Assembly (NCBI RefSeq): GCF_008065095.1
Contig: NZ_CP042911.1
Coordinates: 1,890,001-1,922,000 of the forward strand
Length of the DNA: 32,000 nt
From: Gemmata obscuriglobus
GTDB lineage: Bacteria; Planctomycetota; Planctomycetia; Gemmatales; Gemmataceae
Direction: 5' to 3'
Shown here: piece by piece, positions 23,341-29,663 of the stretch
Layout of the letters: each line of letters begins with the position of its first letter
Numbering within the stretch: position 1 is the stretch's first letter
Translations under genes and position numbers: made by a program
Notes under the pieces: generated by a model
The model's input: the letters and a program-made list of their open reading frames with translations, nothing else
Database searches by the model: none
Told to the model about the DNA's origin: nothing

Positions 23341-24069
23341 ATGAGCCGGACCGCGAGCCGTTCGACGCCGTGCCTGCGGGGTGTGAAGCTGATGCGCACC
23401 TACGGCGACGGCACGGCCCGGCGTGCGGCGCTGCGGGAAGTGTCCATCGACCTGTACCCGGGGCAACTGGTGCTGCTCATGGGGCCGTCCGGGAGCGGCA
23501 AATCGACGCTCCTGGCGGTCCTCTCGGGGCTGCTGGAGCCCGACAGCGGGCAGGTGCTCGCGGACGACGACGGCGCGATGCGGGACATCTGGCAGTTGAC
23601 CGCCAAGGAGCGCGAGCAGCATCGCCGTAAGCACACGGGGTTCATCTTTCAGGGGTACAATCTGTTCCCGGCCCTCACCGCGCGGCAGCAACTGGAGATC
23701 GTGCTGAAGTGGGGCGAGGGGGCGGACGGCGGGGACGCCCGGCGCCGGGCGGACGAGATGCTCGAACGGCTGGGGCTGGGGAACAACAAGAACAAGAAGC
23801 CGGCCCAACTGTCCGGGGGCGAGAAGCAGCGGGTCGCCATCGGCCGGGCGCTCGTGAAGAACCCGTCGTTCATGTTCGCCGACGAGCCCACCAGCGCCCT
23901 CGACTGGGAGAACGGGCAGAAGGTGATCGAGTTGCTCCGCGACGCGGCCCACCAGCGCGGCGCCTCGGTGCTGTGCGTGTCTCACGACGCGCGGCTGCTG
24001 CCGTTCGTGGACGTGTACTACCACCTGGACGACGGTCACCTGGAACGGCGGGAACTGCCCGCGGAGTGA
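23341..24069 (+). CDS. ABC transporter ATP-binding protein (DevA/MacB/LolD-like)
   Basis: ATG at 23341. Motifs are Walker A GPSGSGKST, Q-loop FIFQGYNL, signature LSGGEKQRVAIGRAL, Walker B FMFADEPTSALD and H-loop VSHD. Confidence 0.9.
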   Translation: MSRTASRSTPCLRGVKLMRTYGDGTARRAALREVSIDLYPGQLVLLMGPSGSGKSTLLAVLSGLLEPDSGQVLADDDGAMRDIWQLTAKEREQHRRKHTGFIFQGYNLFPALTARQQLEIVLKWGEGADGGDARRRADEMLERLGLGNNKNKKPAQLSGGEKQRVAIGRALVKNPSFMFADEPTSALDWENGQKVIELLRDAAHQRGASVLCVSHDARLLPFVDVYYHLDDGHLERRELPAE

Positions 24070-24166
24070 GTGCGTGCGGTGAGCCGAAAACGAACGGGCC
24101 GTCACAGCGGCTTCGGAGTTTCGGTCCACGCGGTTTTCGCCCGCCACCGGGCTCCACTACTGGGAG

Positions 24167-25309
24167 ATGCCCATGAACTGGCTCCGCAAGATGCGACCGG
24201 TGCTGATCGTGATCGGGCTCGGGCTGGCGGTCGGCAGCCTCGTGGGCGCCCGCGCGTTGACTCACGGGAGCGGGTCGGAGGCGACCGCGAAAGGCGCGGA
24301 CGTGCCGCCGCCGCGGGCCGCGGGCGGGCCGGTGGTGCTCGGGACCGTTGACACGGACCCGCCGCCGGTTTCCTACGGGCTGCCCCCGGTAATTCAGTCC
24401 GGTACCATTGCGAAGGTGTCCGTCAAGGACAGCGACGAGGTGGCCGCCGGGCAGGAACTGTACGTGTTCGATTCCACCATTCAGCAGAAAGACGTGGACC
24501 GCGCGAAGGCAGCAGTGGCCTACGCCGAGACGAAGGTCAGACAGGCCGAGGAGTTGGCCAAGCAGCACAAAGCGACCATCGATTTCACCCGCAGTTCCGC
24601 ACTTGCCAACTCTGAGCGCAAGGTTACCGCCCAACAGTCGTATTACAACCTCGTGAAAGAGAACATCATCACAGGTTACAAGAAGGTGGACCGGCTTCCC
24701 GAGTCCGAGTGGGAGGCGAAACTGAAGACCGATCCGGCCCTCTATAAGGCCCATGTGGACTACGACGCCGCGGTCGGCGAGCGCGACGTGGTAAAGGCGA
24801 ACCTGGCCCGGCTGGAAGCGGCCGACCCGCAGGTGCAAGTGAGGGAGGCGCAGGCCGCGGTCGAGCAGGCGCGGGCCGAACTCGCTAAAGCACAGGCGGC
24901 CGTAGAAATGTGCGTCGTGCGGGCGCGGACCGCGGGCACCGTGGAGCAGGTGTCGATCAGCGCCGGGGCGACGCTCGGGATCAGCACCCGCACGCCCGCG
25001 TTGTGGCTGATTCCGGCCGGGCCGCGGGTGGTTCGCGCCGAGGTCGAGGCCGAGTTCGCGCACCGGGTCGGCCCGGGGCTCACGGGCAAGCCAGTGACCG
25101 TAATGGACCACAGCGATGCGAAACTTACCTACACCGGGACGGTGCGGCACATCGGGAGCACCTTCCTGTTGAAGCGCGCCAGTGCTGAGAACTTCCTGGG
25201 CAGTGACACGCGGGTCATTGAGGCGGTTATCGACATTGCCGACCCGGCCCCGGCCGGGAAGCCGCCGCTCCGCGTGGGGCAGCGGGTGCGCGTGAACATG
25301 GGGCAGTAA
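24167..25309 (+). CDS. HlyD/DevB-family periplasmic adaptor (membrane fusion protein)
   Basis: N-terminal anchor (LIVIGLGLAVGSLVGA), then a lipoyl-like beta hairpin (GTIAKVSVKDSDEVAAGQELYVFDS). Long coiled-coil segments follow, then the second half of the hairpin (ARTAGTVEQVSISAGATL). Confidence 0.8.
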   Translation: MPMNWLRKMRPVLIVIGLGLAVGSLVGARALTHGSGSEATAKGADVPPPRAAGGPVVLGTVDTDPPPVSYGLPPVIQSGTIAKVSVKDSDEVAAGQELYVFDSTIQQKDVDRAKAAVAYAETKVRQAEELAKQHKATIDFTRSSALANSERKVTAQQSYYNLVKENIITGYKKVDRLPESEWEAKLKTDPALYKAHVDYDAAVGERDVVKANLARLEAADPQVQVREAQAAVEQARAELAKAQAAVEMCVVRARTAGTVEQVSISAGATLGISTRTPALWLIPAGPRVVRAEVEAEFAHRVGPGLTGKPVTVMDHSDAKLTYTGTVRHIGSTFLLKRASAENFLGSDTRVIEAVIDIADPAPAGKPPLRVGQRVRVNMGQ

Positions 25310-25328
25310 AACCAGCGAGGGGCGGGGA

Positions 25329-26270
25329 GTGAACGTCGAGCACCTCGTGACACCGGTACGGCCGAGCGCGCCCGCGGTGCCCCGCGGTGCGCCCCGCACC
25401 GCACCCCTCATCCCCCGGTCTTTCCAGGCTTGCCGCGCCATCACCGCCGCGGCGAACAGTTCGTTCCCGCTGGCGTTCCGCCTCCTGTGCCCCGCGAAGC
25501 GGCGGGCGATGAACGCCCTCTACGCGTACATGCGGGTCACCGACGATCTGGCCGACGAGGACGGAGCGGTCGAGGCGAAGCGGGCCAAGCTCGCGGCGTG
25601 GCGTGTCAGTTTAAAGGCCGCACTCGGCGGCGCGTTCACCCACCCCGTACACCCCGCGCTGGCCGAGACCGTCCGGCGCTATGACATCCCCCCGCAATAC
25701 CTGTTCGACGCGATCGACGGGATGGAGACCGACCTCGGCCCGGTCCGGATGCAGACGTTCAGCGAACTGTACCCGTACTGCTACCGCGTGGCGTCGGCGG
25801 TGGGACTGGCGTGCGTCCGCATCTGGGGGATTCGGCCCGGTGTAACCTTCAGCGATACAGACCAACCGGCCGAGGCGGTCGGCATCGCGTTCCAGCTCAC
25901 GAACATCCTTCGCGACCTGGCCGAAGATTACGCGCGCGAGCGGGTGTACCTTCCGGCCGACGAACTCGCGCGGTCCGGGTGCCCGCCGGAGTTGTGGCGC
26001 GACCCGGGGAACGCGGCGAACTTTCGCGCGATGATGCAGGCCCAGGTCACGCGCGCCCGGGAGTATTACCGCCGCGGCGCCGCCCTGCTCCCGCTGCTGT
26101 CGCGCGAGGGCTGGGCGATCTGCCACATGATGTTCAACTCCTACCGCGCGCTGCTCGACGAGATCGAGCGCCGCGGATACGACGTGTTCACGGCCCGGGT
26201 GCGGGTGCCGAAGTGGCGCAAGGTCGCCGCGTTCGGCTCCGGGTACCTGATCAAGTGGGGCGTCGTGTAA
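25329..26270 (+). CDS. squalene/phytoene synthase family protein (HpnD/HpnC-like)
   Basis: Two Asp-rich motifs: YAYMRVTDDLADE and FQLTNILRDLAEDY. The start is uncertain. GTG at 25329 is the longest option, and there is no ATG before the first catalytic motif. Confidence 0.8.
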   Translation: MNVEHLVTPVRPSAPAVPRGAPRTAPLIPRSFQACRAITAAANSSFPLAFRLLCPAKRRAMNALYAYMRVTDDLADEDGAVEAKRAKLAAWRVSLKAALGGAFTHPVHPALAETVRRYDIPPQYLFDAIDGMETDLGPVRMQTFSELYPYCYRVASAVGLACVRIWGIRPGVTFSDTDQPAEAVGIAFQLTNILRDLAEDYARERVYLPADELARSGCPPELWRDPGNAANFRAMMQAQVTRAREYYRRGAALLPLLSREGWAICHMMFNSYRALLDEIERRGYDVFTARVRVPKWRKVAAFGSGYLIKWGVV

Positions 26271-26288
26271 CGCGCCGCGGAGTTCGGA

Positions 26289-27731
26289 ATGCGGAACGAA
26301 GAACCGAAATCGGAACCGCCGGCGCGCGCGTCGGGCTCCGTGATTGTGGTCGGCGGCGGGTTGGCGGGGCTGGCGGCGGCCGTGGGGCTCGCCGGCCGCG
26401 GGTTCAAGGTGACCGTGCTGGAGTCGCGTAACCGGCTCGGCGGGCGCGCGGGGTCGTTCCGCGACCCGCAAACCGACCAGCTCGTGGACGCGTGCCAGCA
26501 CGTCAGCATGGGCTGCTGCACCAACTTCGCCCACCTGCTGCGCACGGTCGGCGCCGAGCACCTCCTTTCGCCCCAACCGAGGCTGTATTTCGTCACCCCC
26601 GACCGACGGGTCAGTGTTTTCAAGAGCGACCCGTGGCCGGCGCCGTTCCACCTCGGGCGGGCGCTGATGGGCGCGCACTACCTCACGCCGCTCGACAAGC
26701 TCCGCGTGGCCTACGGGCTCGGGCGGATGCTCTTAGAGCGCCCGGACGCGGACCCGCCGCTGCTCCCCTGGCTGAAGGCGCATTTCCAGAATGAACGCAC
26801 GATCAACCGGTTCTGGGCCATCGTGCTCACCAGCGCGCTGAACGAAACGGTTGACCGCGTGGGGCTGAAGTACGCCCGCAAGGTGTTCCGCGACGGGTTC
26901 GTGCGGCACCGCGACGCCTTCACAGTCCACGTTCCGAGTGTGCCGCTGGGCCGGCTCTACGGCGACGAGCTGCGCGGGTGGCTCGCGACGCACGGCGTGG
27001 AGGTGTGCGAGAACGCGGGGGTGAAGCGGCTGTTAAAGGGAGAGGGGATCAGCGGGGCCGCCCTCCGCGACGGTTCCACCCTCACCGCCGACTGGTACGT
27101 GCTGGCGGTGCCGTTCGACCGCGTCGCCGATTTGCTGCCTGGAGAGCTGGCCGGCGAGCCGTACTTCGGCGGCGCGAACGGCCTCACGCCGTCGCCGATC
27201 ACGAGCGTCCACCTGTGGCTCGATCGGCCCACCATGAAGCTCCCGCACGCCGTGCTCGTGGACTGCCTGGGGCAGTGGGTGTTCGATCGCGGCGAGGTCG
27301 CGCCCGGCGAGTTCTACCTGCAAGTGGTGGTCAGCGCCGCCCGCGATCTGAAGGGGCTCGGCCGGGAAGAGATCCAGCGCCGCATTTATGAAGAACTCGG
27401 GCGCCTGTTCCCGCCGGTGGCGCAGGCGAAGTTACTCCGCGCGAAGGTGGTGACCGAACACACTGCGACCTTCAGCGCGGTGCCAGGGGTGGACCGGTGG
27501 CGGCCCCCCCAGGCGTCCCCGGTGTGGAACCTCGCGGTCGCCGGGGACTGGACCGACACCGGCTGGCCCGCGACGATGGAGGGGGCGGTTCGGAGCGGTT
27601 ATTTGGCCGCCGAGGCGATTCTCGCCCGCGCCGGACAGCCCGCGAAGTTGGTGCAACCCGAGTTGTCCTGGGCCCGCCCGGCGGGTGTCGCCCCCGCCTT
27701 TCCGTTGACCCGCGCGCGACCGTGCGAGTAA
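26289..27731 (+). CDS. hpnE: FAD-dependent amine-oxidase-fold desaturase, hydroxysqualene dehydroxylase HpnE-like
   Basis: ATG at 26289. The dinucleotide-binding motif is VIVVGGGLAGLAAAVGLAGRGFKVTVLESRNRLGGRA. It sits immediately downstream of the squalene/phytoene synthase gene, as in hpn loci. Confidence 0.75.
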   Translation: MRNEEPKSEPPARASGSVIVVGGGLAGLAAAVGLAGRGFKVTVLESRNRLGGRAGSFRDPQTDQLVDACQHVSMGCCTNFAHLLRTVGAEHLLSPQPRLYFVTPDRRVSVFKSDPWPAPFHLGRALMGAHYLTPLDKLRVAYGLGRMLLERPDADPPLLPWLKAHFQNERTINRFWAIVLTSALNETVDRVGLKYARKVFRDGFVRHRDAFTVHVPSVPLGRLYGDELRGWLATHGVEVCENAGVKRLLKGEGISGAALRDGSTLTADWYVLAVPFDRVADLLPGELAGEPYFGGANGLTPSPITSVHLWLDRPTMKLPHAVLVDCLGQWVFDRGEVAPGEFYLQVVVSAARDLKGLGREEIQRRIYEELGRLFPPVAQAKLLRAKVVTEHTATFSAVPGVDRWRPPQASPVWNLAVAGDWTDTGWPATMEGAVRSGYLAAEAILARAGQPAKLVQPELSWARPAGVAPAFPLTRARPCE

Positions 27732-27757
27732 ACTCACCGAGGACAACCCGTTGCACA

Positions 27758-27777
27758 CGCCCGCCGCCCGGCGGGCG
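27758..27777 (+). promoter_or_regulatory. GC hairpin just upstream of the ACT-domain gene start
   Basis: cgcccgcc (27758-27765) and ggcgggcg (27770-27777) pair around a 4-nt loop. An aggag follows directly, then the start codon. There is no U-tract. Function unknown. Confidence 0.3.
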
Positions 27778-27788
27778 AGGAGTCTTTG

Positions 27789-28286
27789 ATGAGCTTCGGC
27801 GAAGGCGATGACGCGCCCGTGGACTTCGACACCGCGAAGGGGCGCGACTGGCCGAGCGTGCGGCAGTTCAACGTGTTCCTGGCGAACCGCATGGGCGCGC
27901 TGCTCGATCTGGTCCGCCGGTTCGAGCAGACCGACATCCGCGTGGTGTCGCTGACCGTGGTGGAAACGGCCGACTGCGCCATCATCCGGCTGGTGCCGAG
28001 CCACTACGAGCGCGGGTACGAGATCCTCACGGACGCGAAGTTCGCGTTCACCGAGAGCGACCTGCTCGTGGTGAAACTCCCCGACGACGACCGGCCGCTG
28101 CTCACTATCACGAAAGCGCTGCTGAGCGCCGAAATCGACATCTGCTACATGTACCCGCTCTTGATCGGCGTCGGGCCGCTGGGGAACACGGCCATCGCGG
28201 TGTACGTGGACGACTTCGAGACCGCCGCCGCCGCCCTGGAAGCCCAGGGCTTCACGCTGTTCACCGAGAGCGACCTGAGCGAGTAG
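27789..28286 (+). CDS. ACT-domain-like small regulatory protein
   Basis: 165 aa with two beta-alpha-beta-beta-alpha-beta-looking halves (FNVFLANRMGALLDLVRRFEQTDIRVVSLTV.. and LLVVKLPDDDRPLLTITKALLSAEIDICYMY..). The assignment is by pattern only. Confidence 0.6.
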   Translation: MSFGEGDDAPVDFDTAKGRDWPSVRQFNVFLANRMGALLDLVRRFEQTDIRVVSLTVVETADCAIIRLVPSHYERGYEILTDAKFAFTESDLLVVKLPDDDRPLLTITKALLSAEIDICYMYPLLIGVGPLGNTAIAVYVDDFETAAAALEAQGFTLFTESDLSE

Positions 28287-28290
28287 GAAG

Positions 28291-28310
28291 AAATGCGGAG
28301 TGCGGAATTC
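28291..28310. repeat. left arm of a long palindromic hairpin that was split by the IS insertion
   Basis: aaatgcggagtgcggaattc is the reverse complement of gaattccgcactccgcattt, found within 29615-29643 on the other side of the IS. Confidence 0.75.
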
Positions 28311-29567
28311 CAGTAGTTTCAAGTTGGGCGATTTATGAGTAGCGGGCCGCATGGGTTTACCGGTCAATGGTGGTTACCACGCCTCCACTGTCGGAGCCCC
28401 CATGCGACCCAAACGTCAGTCTATCCGAGCCACCCCGGCCCACGCCACCCGGCACCTCCGTCCGGTCCTGACCGACTGGCTCGGCCGTGCGGTCCAACTG
28501 CCCAAGCGTCGCCGCACCTGTACACCCGAGGTGGTGTGGCGGGTGGTGCTGTTCGCCGCGGCGTTCGCCCGCTCGGTGGCCGCGGCCTGTGCCGCGATCG
28601 CCGACGCCCCGTCCGGGCAGGCCATCTGGGATTGCTTGTACCTCACGCTGCCCAAGCGGCGCCGCACCCTCGAGCGGCGGTTGCGGCCGGCCCTCCACGC
28701 CCCGCTCGGCAAGCGGAAGCGGGCGGCTCGGGTCGCGATCGACTACCACCGGATCGGGTACTTCGGGACGCCGAACCGGGACACCACCCGGTCCAAGGGG
28801 GCCGGCGGCACCCACACGTTCCACACGTACGCCACCGCGTGCCTCGTCGGGGGACCGGACCGGTACACGCTCGGGTTGACGGCCGTGGGCGAGAAGGAGC
28901 CGATGACCGCGGTGCTCACCCGGCTGTTGGATCAGGTGACGGCGGCACGGGTTACGGTCCGGGTCGCGCTGCTGGACAAGGCGTTCTTCTCGATCGCGGT
29001 GATGCGGTTGCTCCAGGCGCGGGGTGTGCCGTTCGTGATCCCGGCCGTGGTCCGGGGCCGCAAGCCCCGGCCCGGGGTGAAGGGGGTCGGGTTGCGGGCC
29101 GTGCGGCGGCGGGGCGCGGGTCGATATGCGTACACCCACGCGGATCGGGGCACCTCGGTGCGGGTGCACGTGGTGATCGCTCACAAGAGCTACCGGTACC
29201 GGCGGACCGGGGGCCGGCGGAGCAAGAAGTTACTGTACGCGGCGTGGCGGGTGAGCGGGAGCCCGGTGGCGATTCGGGACCTGTACCGGACCCGATTCGG
29301 GATCGAGAGCAGCTACCGCCAGTTGGGGCAGGTTCGGCCCCGGACCTCGACCACCGATGGGGTCGTGCGACTCCTGTGGGTGGCCGTCGGGCTGATCCTG
29401 CGTAACGCCTGGTTGTGGTCCCGCTCAGCCCGCGGCCTCGGGTGGACACTGGCGGCGGTATGCCTGATACTGTTGGCCGATGGGCTGGCACCTACAGATG
29501 GCGAAAATAAGTCCATTACTACTGCACGATCGGCCAACAAAACCAAGCCGCCAACTTGAAACTACTG
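28311..29567 (+). mobile_element. intact 1257-bp insertion sequence (DDE transposase, IS4-superfamily; ISH3/IS701-like)
   Basis: Perfect 17-bp terminal inverted repeats: cagtagtttcaagttgg (28311-28327) and ccaacttgaaactactg (29551-29567). They are flanked by a 5-bp direct repeat aattc (28306-28310 and 29568-29572). A single transposase ORF fills the element. Confidence 0.9.
28351..29559 (+). CDS. DDE transposase
   Basis: 402-aa ORF; the alternative ATG at 28402 gives MRPKRQ... Candidate DDE residues lie in VAIDYHRIGYFG, VALLDKAFFS and YRTRFGIESSYRQL (the IS4-type Y-x2-R-x3-E signature). The stop codon lies inside the right inverted repeat. Confidence 0.85.
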   Translation: MGLPVNGGYHASTVGAPMRPKRQSIRATPAHATRHLRPVLTDWLGRAVQLPKRRRTCTPEVVWRVVLFAAAFARSVAAACAAIADAPSGQAIWDCLYLTLPKRRRTLERRLRPALHAPLGKRKRAARVAIDYHRIGYFGTPNRDTTRSKGAGGTHTFHTYATACLVGGPDRYTLGLTAVGEKEPMTAVLTRLLDQVTAARVTVRVALLDKAFFSIAVMRLLQARGVPFVIPAVVRGRKPRPGVKGVGLRAVRRRGAGRYAYTHADRGTSVRVHVVIAHKSYRYRRTGGRRSKKLLYAAWRVSGSPVAIRDLYRTRFGIESSYRQLGQVRPRTSTTDGVVRLLWVAVGLILRNAWLWSRSARGLGWTLAAVCLILLADGLAPTDGENKSITTARSANKTKPPT

Positions 29568-29643
29568 AATTCGGAATTGAAGACAGGAAGCCAAGAGGTC
29601 TTCTGCCTTCAATTCCGAATTCCGCACTCCGCATTCCGCATTT
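29568..29643. repeat. remainder of the palindromic hairpin (rest of left arm, loop and full right arm)
   Basis: After removing the IS and one aattc copy, agtgcggaattcggaattgaag pairs perfectly (22 bp) with cttcaattccgaattccgcact. The stem extends imperfectly on both sides. The right arm carries an extra attccgc unit. Confidence 0.75.
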
Positions 29644-29663
29644 GAAGGTTCCGCATTACAAAC

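Noticed and set aside
24400-24760. Slightly lower GC in the middle of the HlyD/DevB-like gene as a sign of mosaicism
   Set aside because: The dip is modest. It coincides with the Lys/Glu/Gln-rich coiled-coil region, whose amino-acid composition alone explains it. There is no cluster of rare codons like the one seen at 8098-8490.
20066-25309. Lasso-peptide (or similar RiPP) cluster: Asn-synthase homolog next to an ABC exporter
   Set aside because: The AsnB homolog keeps the N-terminal catalytic Cys (MCGIAG) and a full glutaminase domain, unlike lasso cyclases. There is no B-protein (transglutaminase or PqqD-like) gene. No plausible precursor ORF is visible between 19640 and 20066 or between 22051 and 22151.
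29600-29645. Short tandem attccgc / actccgc / attccgc units that could hint at a CRISPR-like or microsatellite array
   Set aside because: There are only three 7-nt units, and all are part of the right arm of the palindromic hairpin. There are no spacers, no repeat periodicity of 25-40 nt, and no cas genes in the window.
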